From contig CBDBIJ010000117.1 in NCBI GenBank assembly GCA_965205655.1, forward strand, positions 1 through 14,537: DNA of 14,537 nucleotides, in the 5' to 3' direction. Origin of the DNA: Candidatus Latescibacterota bacterium. Lineage in GTDB: Bacteria > Latescibacterota > UBA2968 > UBA8231. Every line of letters starts with the position of its first letter. Positions within the stretch are counted from its first letter, which is position 1. A program made the translations under genes and the position numbers. Below, piece by piece: positions 6,587 through 14,537 of the stretch. The notes under the pieces are model-generated. The model was not told the origin of the DNA. It saw only the letters and a list, made by a program, of their open reading frames with translations, and ran no database searches.

Positions 6587-9500
6587 CTACGCCGATATCG
6601 CCGGCAGCTCCGCGTCGCTCACCAGCTCGTTAAACTCCCGAACGTCTTTGTCGATCACCGCCTGGAGCTGAGAAAGTTGCTCGTCGACGAGCGCCGACAG
6701 GTGATCGAAGAGCTCGTGCATCGCCGTCGTCGGAGCGGCGTCTCCCAGGGAGATGGTGGTGATGAGGCCGCCAACGAGGCTGTCCAGCTTTACGGGGTGG
6801 CGCAGCATGTCGGACGCGCCCTCCTGCTTGAACTGCGTGAGCTCGGCCTCGATGCCCTCCAGCTTTTCGTTCAGGTCACGGACTGCGCCCGCGATCGGCT
6901 TGCGCTCGCCCTCGCCGATCGCCTCTGCTGTCTTTGCGCGTCGCGACGTCTCGAGCGCCTCGCGCTGAATCCGGCGCAATCTGTCGATCCCCGCATTCGT
7001 CTCCGAGAGCTTGTCCCTCACCTTGTGCGACAGATCGAACTGCGCCTCGAAATCAGCCTGCGTCGTCTGCAGGCGTGGATCGGGCAGAATCTCGAATGAC
7101 TCGCTCTGCACCAGGTCGCCCACCTTCAACTGAACCTGATATGTTCCTGGCACCGCGAGGGGACCATTTGTCCCTGGCCGAGACTTCATCAGCGATTCGT
7201 ACTTGTCTCTCAGTGGACTGTCTTCCGTCGACCGCGTCGCGTTTTCGTAGTGCATGTCCCACACGAACCTGTTCAGCCCCTTCCTCGCCGGAGCGAAGCG
7301 CGTCACCTCCTCCTCCTCACTGTCGTCCTCTTCGTCGGCACCTGCTTTCTTTTTTTCTTCTGCCGGTCTGCTGGTGAAGCTCTTGATCACGTCGCCGCCG
7401 CCGCCGAGGAACGACAGCTCGATCGGTTCCGCCGGCTCCGCGTCGAGGAAATAGTAGACAATGGCTCCCAAAGGCGGATTCTCGCCGGCATCGATGAAGG
7501 TGCGAATCAGCTCGCCATCCTCCGACTCCTCCTCGCGCCATGTGGCGCTGCCGCCGAGAAGGAAATACGACTTGTCCTCCGGCTCGAGCAGCCGCGGTCC
7601 CTTCGTGAACCAGTGGACCGAGCGGCGGTAGGTCGGTGCAGGCTTGAACAGGCGTCCTCCTCTGCCCTCCACGCCCCCGCCCGCGAGATCCCGCAGTGGC
7701 GTCAGATCGTCCAGGATCCAGAACGATCTGCCATGGGTGCCCGCCACCAGGTCCTGGTCCTTCACCTTCAGATCGTACACCCCTACCACCGGCAGGTTCG
7801 TTTCCAGTTTCGTCCAGCTGTCGCCGTCGTCCAGCGAGACGCAGATCCCCCTCTCTGTGCCCACGTAGAGCAAGCCCGGCTTCGCCGGATCCTCCCGAAC
7901 GACGCGCGTGATCTCGCCGTCGGGAAAGGTGTTGCTCAAGACGCACCAGCTCGCACCGAAATCCTCGGTCTTGTACAGATAGCCGCTGAAGTCGTCCAGC
8001 TTGTGCCGCGATGCGGCCACGTATGCGGTGCCGGCATGATGCCGGGACACCTCGATGCAGCCGATACGCGACCACTCGATCAACTCCGGCGGCGTTATCT
8101 CTGTCCAGCTTTCACCGCCGTTTCTCGAGATGTGCACGAGGCCGTCATCGCTCCCGGCCCAAAGCTCTCCTTGCTGCAGAGGCGACTCGGCAAAGGCGTA
8201 GACCGTGCAATAGGTTTCGGCGCCGCTTACATCGTGCGTGATCGGCCCGCCCGAGGCCAGCTGCTTCTCGGCATCGTCGCGGGTCAGGTCGGGACTGATT
8301 GCGTCCCAGTTCATGCCGCCGTCGTTCGACCGAAACACGATGTTGCCCGCCACGTACAGCACCGACGAGTCGTGCGGCGAGATGAGAATCGGATAGGTCC
8401 AGTTGAAGCGGTATTTCAGATCGCTGTCGTTCTTGCCGAAATACTCCTCCGGCCACACCGAGGCGAGCCGAATCTGTTTCGTGCGGTGGTCATAGGCCTG
8501 CAATACGCCGAGCCCGCCTGGAGAGCTGCCGATGGCGCCGATGTACACGATGTTGGGGTCTGAAGGATGGACGGCGATGTCGCCGCTTTCACCCGTGCCC
8601 GGCGCGTAACACCGGGTCCAGGTAATCGCCCCCTGCTCCGAGGCGCTCGGCACACAGATGCTCGAGTTGTCCTGCTGCGTGGCGTAGACGTGATACGGAA
8701 ACTGGTTGTCCACATCCATGCGGTAGAACTGCGACGTCGACTGGTTGTAGATCGTCGTCCATGAGCGTCCCCCGTTGAAGGAGACGCAGGCGCCGCCGTC
8801 GTTCCCCTCGATCATGCGCTGCGTGTTTTTCGGGTCGATCCACAGATCGTGGTTGTCGCCGTGAGGGGTGACGATCTCCGTGAAGTTCGAACCGCCGTCC
8901 GTCGACTTCCACATCTTGAAGTCGAGGACGTACATCGTGTCCGCGTCCTGCGGATCGGCATATACATGGCAGTAGTAAAACGGCCGGCCGATCAACTCCC
9001 GCTTGTCACTCGTCAATTCCCACGTGTCGCCCCCGTCATCGGATCGGTAGAGACCCCCGCCGTGTTCAGCAGCCTCGATGATAGCCCACACCCGCTGTGG
9101 CCTGGCTGGCGAGATCGCCATCCCGATCTTCCCCTTCATTCCCGTCGGCAGTCCGGGATTGTTCGAAATGTCCGTCCAGGTATCGCCCCCGTCCTTCGAT
9201 CGGTGCAGCCCGCTGTCCGGCCCGCCGCTCGACAGCTCCCAGAAGGATCTGGAGGTTTCCCACACCGCCGCGAAGATGATGCGCGGGTTCCTCGGGTCCA
9301 TGGACAGATCAACCCCTCCAGCCTTGTCACTCTTGTAGAGAACCTTCTCCCAGCTTTCGCCGCCGCCCTTCGAGCGAAAAACGCCCCGCTCTTCGTTCGG
9401 TCCGTGGATATGTCCCAGAGCGGCGACGTAAACGAGGTCGGCGTTTTTCGGGTGAATGCGAATCTTGCCGATGAACATCGACTCCGACAGCCCCACGTTT

Positions 9501-9844
9501 TTCCATGTCGCCCCGCCGTCCACCGACCGGTAGACCCCGTCCCCACCCGTCACGTCTTTCCTGATCGCCGTTTCTCCTGTGCCCACGTAGATGACGTTGG
9601 GGTCCGACTCTGCCAACGCGATAGCTCCCACTGCCGCCGAAGTGAAGAAGCCGTCGGAGATGTTTTCCCAGTAGGTTCCCGCATCGTCCGATTTCCACAC
9701 GCCACCACCGCACGCCCCGTGATAGAACACCGCCAGCTCCGTCGGGTGGCCGACGACGGCGCTCGTGCGCCCGCCGCGAGGCGGACCGATGCACCGCCAC
9801 TTGAGCCCCTGCATGAAGGACCCGTCGATATTCGATTTGTTCAT
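6587..9844 (-). CDS. Asp-box (BNR)/VPS10-sortilin-like beta-propeller protein, putative glycosyl hydrolase (1085 aa)
   Basis: WRCIGPPRGGR start and about 11 Asp-box-like motifs (e.g. KSDDAGTYW, RSVDGGATW, RSKDGGDTW, RSDDGGDTW, RSNDGGMNW, KTEDFGASW, VSLDDGDSW). Also HGDNHDLWIDP, GTHGRSFWILDD, an Ig-like GLNRFVWD...PGTYQV segment and a helical C-terminus. Confidence 0.88.
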   Translation of the reverse strand: MNKSNIDGSFMQGLKWRCIGPPRGGRTSAVVGHPTELAVFYHGACGGGVWKSDDAGTYWENISDGFFTSAAVGAIALAESDPNVIYVGTGETAIRKDVTGGDGVYRSVDGGATWKNVGLSESMFIGKIRIHPKNADLVYVAALGHIHGPNEERGVFRSKGGGESWEKVLYKSDKAGGVDLSMDPRNPRIIFAAVWETSRSFWELSSGGPDSGLHRSKDGGDTWTDISNNPGLPTGMKGKIGMAISPARPQRVWAIIEAAEHGGGLYRSDDGGDTWELTSDKRELIGRPFYYCHVYADPQDADTMYVLDFKMWKSTDGGSNFTEIVTPHGDNHDLWIDPKNTQRMIEGNDGGACVSFNGGRSWTTIYNQSTSQFYRMDVDNQFPYHVYATQQDNSSICVPSASEQGAITWTRCYAPGTGESGDIAVHPSDPNIVYIGAIGSSPGGLGVLQAYDHRTKQIRLASVWPEEYFGKNDSDLKYRFNWTYPILISPHDSSVLYVAGNIVFRSNDGGMNWDAISPDLTRDDAEKQLASGGPITHDVSGAETYCTVYAFAESPLQQGELWAGSDDGLVHISRNGGESWTEITPPELIEWSRIGCIEVSRHHAGTAYVAASRHKLDDFSGYLYKTEDFGASWCVLSNTFPDGEITRVVREDPAKPGLLYVGTERGICVSLDDGDSWTKLETNLPVVGVYDLKVKDQDLVAGTHGRSFWILDDLTPLRDLAGGGVEGRGGRLFKPAPTYRRSVHWFTKGPRLLEPEDKSYFLLGGSATWREEESEDGELIRTFIDAGENPPLGAIVYYFLDAEPAEPIELSFLGGGGDVIKSFTSRPAEEKKKAGADEEDDSEEEEVTRFAPARKGLNRFVWDMHYENATRSTEDSPLRDKYESLMKSRPGTNGPLAVPGTYQVQLKVGDLVQSESFEILPDPRLQTTQADFEAQFDLSHKVRDKLSETNAGIDRLRRIQREALETSRRAKTAEAIGEGERKPIAGAVRDLNEKLEGIEAELTQFKQEGASDMLRHPVKLDSLVGGLITTISLGDAAPTTAMHELFDHLSALVDEQLSQLQAVIDKDVREFNELVSDAELPAISA

Positions 9845-10374
9845 ATCGCCATTTTCATTGAGTGAATTGAGGGAAGGTTCCTGTACTGCTGGTTGAAATC
9901 GAGTCCGTAGCCGACGACGAACTCGTCACCGATGGTGAATCCCACATAGCTGATGGGAATGTCGATTGCCCGGCGCGATGGCTTGTCGAGGAGCGTGCAG
10001 ACTTTCGCGCTCTTCGGCTTGCGTTCCCGGAGATTTTTCAGAATGTAGTCGAGCGTCCGCCCGGTGTCGACAATGCCATCCACGACGAGCACGTCCCGGC
10101 CCTCGATCGGCGTTCCCAGGTCCTTGAGAATGCGAACCTCGCCGGAGCTTTCGGCCGAGCTTCCGTAGCTGGCTGCCGAGATGAAGTCTACCTCCACGTC
10201 GCCTGCGACTGCTCGCGCCAGGTCAGCCGTGAATACGAAGGCCCCCTTCAGAACGCCCACGAGAATGAGCGGCCTCGCCGCGCCCTCGCGATCGGCTGAA
10301 ATCTGACGACCCAGATCGACGACCTTTTCTCGGATTGCCTCAGCTTCGATCAGGAGTGGTCCGAGCTCGCACAC
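9841..10374 (-). CDS. hpt: Hypoxanthine phosphoribosyltransferase (PRPP motif variant VVDGIVDTG)
   Basis: GVLKGAFVFTADL, DFI-x-ASYG, VRILKDL, IVDTGRTL, LLDKP, FVVGYGLD and YRNLP motifs. Its stop overlaps the next ATG (ATGA, 9841-9844). Confidence 0.92.
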   Translation of the reverse strand: MCELGPLLIEAEAIREKVVDLGRQISADREGAARPLILVGVLKGAFVFTADLARAVAGDVEVDFISAASYGSSAESSGEVRILKDLGTPIEGRDVLVVDGIVDTGRTLDYILKNLRERKPKSAKVCTLLDKPSRRAIDIPISYVGFTIGDEFVVGYGLDFNQQYRNLPSIHSMKMAI

Positions 10375-10384
10375 CTGCCGCCGC

Positions 10385-11141
10385 CTACGACTTCGCCCCC
10401 TCGGCCCGCTTCTTGAAGTCGGCAGCTCCCGCCGAGATCCAGGGCCTCACAGATGTGAGGAAGCAGCGCACTCCCTTCGAAGCGTACTCGGCCACGTGGT
10501 CGGCGCTCGTCGTGAATCCCGCCACTTTCCCGGCCGCCCGAATGCGGCTATGGGCGTCGTCGATCGTCTCGAGCACCTTCTTGTTCCTCAGGTCGTGGAT
10601 GTACCCCATCGATGCCGCCAGGTCGCTCGGCGCCCCGAAGAAGACGTCTATGTGATCGACAGTCAGGATCGCGGCGAGGTTTTCAATCGCCAGGATGTCT
10701 TCGATGAGGATGATCAACGCCACCTCGTCATTGGCCGTGGCCAGGAAGTCCGACACCCCGTGGCCCTGCCGGCTGGTGTACATCCCGCGCTTGCCGATCG
10801 GGGCAAACCTTCCACCCTCTACAACGTTCTGCGCCTCCTCCTTCGTGTTGACTTTGGGAACGACGATGGCCTGGGCGCCGCAGTCGAGGGTGCGATATAT
10901 GAGCCCCTGATCGTTGGCGTTGACCCGCGTCACCGATGTTAGGCCCCAGAGATCGCAAGCGCGCGTCAGATCGCCGAGCCGGGAGGCGTCGGCGCTGCCG
11001 TGCTCACCTTCGAGCCACGCACCGTCGAATCCCTCCGGGGCCGAAGGCGTCGATCTCATCGGGGCTGGCGAATCCGCTGGCGATGTAGGCGATCTTTCCC
11101 TCTTCCAATTTGCGCTTGAGCCTGTTCGGTCTGAGCTTCAT
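10385..11141 (-). CDS. HpcH/HpaI class II aldolase family protein, +1 frameshift at about 11031-11040
   Basis: True start is ATG 11141 with GGAGG RBS (11147-11151): MKLRPNRLKRKLEEGKIAYIASGFASPDEIDAFGP. Removing one base joins EGFDGAWLEGEHG...RV...LDCGAQAIVVPKV...PIGKRG...ILIED...PSDL, giving 251 aa. Confidence 0.9.
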
Positions 11142-11179
11142 TGAATCCTCCAGAGTCTATTCACTGTGCGCGTCTTCAT

Positions 11180-11211
11180 CTGATTGTAGCTACACCTGAT
11201 TGCAGCTACAC
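11180..11211. repeat. Two tandem 16-bp direct repeats containing palindrome TGTAGCTACA
   Basis: CTGATTGTAGCTACAC (11180-11195) and CTGATTGCAGCTACAC (11196-11211), one mismatch. Perfect 10-bp palindrome at 11185-11194. Confidence 0.9.
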
Positions 11212-12852
11212 CTACGCCCTGGCGCTGGTCGCCTCCTCCTTGACCATGACCTCGATGAGAGCCGGCTGACCGCTCTTGTTTGCTTCCGCACCCCTTCGAA
11301 ATGCTGGCACCATTTCCGCGACAGTCTCCACTCGCTCGCCGTAGGCGCCGAGTGCTTTCCCCACCTCCACGTAGTTCCCGGTCAGCTGATTGCTGCCCCA
11401 GCGCTCCGTCCGCCAGGGGCATGTAATTGCTGTAGTTCGTCATCACGCCGTTGTTCAGCACGACGGTCATTATCGGGATCTCCGACCTCACGCCCGTTTC
11501 CACGTCCATCCCCGCCATGCCGAAAGAGGCGTCCCCCATGACGTTGATCACCTGCTTTTCCGGCGCCGCCATCTTCGCCCCCAGCGCCAGCCCGAGCCCA
11601 TAGCCCAGCTGCGTCGACTTGCCCCAGCCGAGATATCCACGGGGTGAAACTGGCTCCCAGAACGGCACGAACTGATCGCGTGGGAACCCCGAATCGTGCG
11701 TGATGATCGTGTTCGAGACATCCACTGCTTTCGACAGCTCGGTGATCACCCTGTACGGATTGATCGGCACTTCCTCCGAGTGCAGCTTCGATCCCCACTC
11801 GGCGAGAAACGCTTCTTTCGCTTTGGCGATCTCGGCGACGACCGCTTTTCCGTCCTCACGTCCCTTTTCGCCCCCCTGACGCTTCGCCTCCTCGATCATC
11901 TGCCGCAGTATGATCTTGGCGTCGCCGACCGCGCCACAGCGCACGTTTGCGGTTCTTGCCCAGGTCCTCGGCACAATTGGTCACCTGGGCCAAGGGTAAC
12001 CCCCGCCGGCATCCGAGCGTTGAACTGATTGTTCGAAAAGCTCGTCCCCAGCCCCAGGACGAAGTCAGTTTTTTCGAGGAAGTGCTTCACCATGCCGGTG
12101 AGAGAGAGACCGCCCGCGCCCAGCGACAGCGGGTGGTTTTCGGGAAAAGCGCTCTTGCCCGCCAGCGTCGTCATCACCGGAATCTGTGTCTGCTCGGCGA
12201 ACTCGCGCAGCTCATCCGTCGCCTCCGCCCAGAACACACCGTGGCCGGCGTTGATGACCGGACATGATGCCGACAGCATCGTTTTGACGAGGTCTCGGAC
12301 ATCGTCGGCATCGCCGGCCGGTTTGAGCTCTCTGGCCGGCTCGTAGTCGAAGTCGCTGTCCGCGAATTCCTCGGCACCCACGTCGACGGGCGTCTCGATG
12401 AGGACGGGCCCCGGCCTCCCGTAGCGAAGCTGGCTGAAAGCCATGTGCATGAACTCCGGAATCCGGCTCGCCATGTTGGCATTCGCCGCCCACTTCGTTA
12501 TGCCGCGATAGTTCTCGACGGCGTCGTAGTTGGGATGGGTCTGATTTTCATGTCGCCCGTGTCCGGCGGGCAGCATCAGAATGGGTATGGAATCGGCGTA
12601 CGCCTGCGCTACTCCGCCGTACGCGTTCTCGGCGCCGGGCCCCTGCTGCGCGATGAAGACTCCGAAGGACTTCCTGTTTCTGACCCTGCTGAATCCGTCG
12701 GCGATGTTGACTCCCGTCCTCTCGTGGCGGCTGATGATCGGTCGTATGCCCTCCTTCACCACCCTGTCGATCAGTGCGTTCGCGGGAAATGCCGCCACCC
12801 ACTCCACGCCTTCGGCCTTCAGAATCTTCGCTATGACTTCGTTGCCGGTCAC
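11212..12852 (-). CDS. Thiamine diphosphate-dependent enzyme (acetolactate synthase/glyoxylate carboligase superfamily), three +1 frameshifts
   Basis: RHER catalytic Glu, GPGAEN, GRPGPVL, TTLAGKS...HPL, GWGKSTQLGYGLG and ThDP motif GDAS...LNNG. Shifts near 11990-11996, 11946-11948 and 11410-11411. Corrected text VTLAQVTNCAEDLGKNRNVRCGAVGDA and MPLATERWGSNQLTGNY...PALIEVMVKEE ends at TAG 11212-11214, giving 545 aa. Confidence 0.9.
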
Positions 12853-13031
12853 GTTTACCGTCCTCTGAAAACGCCAGTTGAGCTGCGGAAAATTGTCCTG
12901 GAGAATGCCCTGAACGGGAGAAAGTATGAAAAAATCGATGTCGGCACTTCCGGAGCGTCTGCCGGGAGCAGGATTTGCAAAAATGAGGAGCTGACCATCA
13001 GTATTATCTTTGGTAATTAGTGTCTTAGGGC

Positions 13032-13060
13032 TTGACTTTCATGCCCTAATTGGTTATCTT
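13032..13060 (+). promoter_or_regulatory. Sigma70-like promoter for the transposase
   Basis: TTGACT (13032-13037), 17-bp spacer, TATCTT (13055-13060). AAGGAG at 13083-13088 precedes ATG 13097. Confidence 0.6.
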
Positions 13061-13096
13061 AAGTATAAGAAAAACAACCAATAAGGAGCAGGGGAA

Positions 13097-13980
13097 ATGA
13101 ACTTGATAACCGTGACAGAGCGATTCCCGACGCAAGAATCCTGCATTGCTCATTTGGAGCAGGTCCGCTTCGGAGATGAGCCATTTTGTCCCTTGTGTGG
13201 TACCGTTGGGCAATGTGCCCGCAAGAGGGAAGGGAACAGGGTCGGTCGCTGGAACTGTCACGCTTGCCAAGGCCAGCTTCAACGTCTTGTCCGGGACGAT
13301 GTTTCAGGGGACACTTCTTCCGCTTCAGAAGTGGGTTCTGCGCCATCGCCCTGATCGTGAACGCCAAGAAAAGCCTGTCCAGCTGCCAGCTCGGTCGTGA
13401 CTTGAACCTGAATCAGCGCGCCGCCTGGTACATGCAGCAGCGCATTCGGGCTGAAATGGCTACAAAGCAGGGGAGAATCATGTTGAGGGGCCTTATTGAA
13501 GCTGACGAGACCTACGTCGGTGGACGCCCCAGGAAGCGCAACAAGCGCGACGACGACAACCCCAACCCCAGGGGGCGAGGGACGCGCAAGACCGCTGTTA
13601 TCGGTGCTGTGGAGCGTGACGGGAAGGTTGTGGCCGAAGTCGCTGGCGATCTCTCGGGCAAGGGTGTCCTTGCCTTCCTCAAGCGCGCCATCGATCCTGC
13701 CGCCTCGACGCTGATCACGGACGAATACGGGGCCTATACCGCGGTGCGGCGGATCATGGATCACTGCGTGATAAAGCATTCCGAGCGCTATGTTGACGGC
13801 GAGCTCCACACCAACACGATAGAAGGCGTCTGGTCCCTGCTCAAGCGCGCCTGGTATGGTTCGCATCATCACTACACGAAACACTACACGCCGCTCTACG
13901 TGGCCGAGGCGTGCTACAAGTACAACCACCGGAAGGACGATAACGCCTTCGGCTCCTTTATCAGGGAGTGCTTTGTTTGA
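13097..13980 (+). CDS. IS1595-family (ISXO2-like DDE) transposase, two +1 frameshifts (CC 13267-13268, GGG 13333-13335)
   Basis: Zn ribbon CPLC...WNCHAC, then KASFNVLSGTMFQGTLLPLQKW, then the HTH region (SSCQLGRDL...AAWYMQQRIR). Catalytic EADETYVGG, LITDEYGAY and HTNTIEGVWSLLKR follow. 293 aa after correction. Confidence 0.92.
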
Positions 13981-14004
13981 AGACGGCAGGCTGTCAATTC
14001 TCGT

Positions 14005-14495
14005 TCAAAATGGATAACATTCTCCGCTGAAACGGTAGTACTCTTTTAATCGAATAGTTTCCCCTTGATCCCACCGAATGTTATCCGTAGCAAATAGGGA
14101 AAGTAGCCATTCAACACCCTTGGGAGGGACATCTATCTGGAAGCCAGCGTCTACATACGTTCCCTGTCATGAACCACCGATTTTCCTCTTTGTCTAAAAG
14201 GGGCCCCAAGGCTTTATCTTCTCGCCATTCCAGGAGTAGAACTGGCGAATTACACGGGTCTTGTTTGAATTCGAACAAAAGCAGCAAGAGAATATCGCGT
14301 TCGTTTCGGTTTCCATAGGACAACATATCGCCTTCATGCCTGAATTGAGGTACTGGCGGTGTGCTCACCTCGGCCTTCGGCGTACCAGTTAGGCCTTCGT
14401 ATATGGCAATCCCCTCCCAAGGTGAGAATAATGATCGTGAGTGTACCCATTGAGAGAAAGATTCCGATGACTTTTAGGACTTTGTTACTATCCAA
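14005..14495 (-). CDS. Hypothetical membrane-anchored protein, multiply frameshifted; probable IS passenger
   Basis: AGAGGGG RBS then TTG 14495: MDSNKVLKVIGIFLSMGTLTIIILTLGG (hydrophobic helix). A +1 shift in the G run (14411-14414) continues IAIYEGLTGTPKAEVSTPPVPQFRH. Later open frames end ...GETIRLKEYYRFSGECYPF-TGA (14005-14007). The 3' end is uncertain. Confidence 0.4.
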
Positions 14496-14537
14496 GTTTA
14501 CCCCTCTGTTGCTTTGAGAAGAAAGGTTATGTAGCAT

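Larger units (their letters stand above)
13012..14537 (+). mobile_element. IS1595-family insertion sequence; right end probably beyond the window
   Basis: Contains an IS1595 transposase. Left end is tentatively placed at GGTAATTAGTGTCTT (13012) after AT-rich TTATCTTT. No matching inverted copy was found downstream. Boundaries are inferred. Confidence 0.55.

Noticed and set aside
7250..9865. Long + strand ORFs of 437 aa and 338 aa
   Set aside because: Antisense shadows of the GC-rich Asp-box gene, with no recognisable motifs.
11138..11974. Separate 278-aa gene
   Set aside because: It is the middle and C-terminal fragment of the frameshifted ThDP enzyme, and its tail is out of frame.
12926..12994. 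22-aa ORF MKKSMSALPERLPGAGFAKMRS with GGGAG upstream
   Set aside because: Too short and featureless to support; likely chance in the promoter region.
13260..13340. Programmed ribosomal frameshifting in the transposase
   Set aside because: There is no slippery heptamer, two successive +1 shifts would be needed, and the same error pattern occurs in non-mobile genes.

Overview
GC-rich bacterial window with mostly metabolic and regulatory genes. Left to right: the 3' end of a small HTH protein (+); a truncated ECF sigma factor (region 2 only); an orphan Phd/YefM antitoxin; a REC-AraC regulator; a CheY-like receiver; malic enzyme; a CDGSH/Fe-S protein preceded by a 3x18-bp tandem repeat; and a collapsed SRPBCC remnant (all -). 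Next is a + strand pair of NADPH-dependent FMN reductase and Ldh_2-family dehydrogenase. It converges on a tight - strand operon: ThDP enzyme, HpcH/HpaI aldolase, hpt with an atypical PRPP motif, and a 1085-aa Asp-box/VPS10-like protein with no signal peptide. The window ends with an IS1595-family element and AT-richer probable cargo DNA. At least nine frameshifts are all +1 insertions in short base runs, which points to long-read sequencing error rather than real gene decay. The best candidate for an undescribed system is the ThDP-aldolase-hpt-Asp-box operon, but its function is inference only. Family assignments come from motif recognition; no searches were run.
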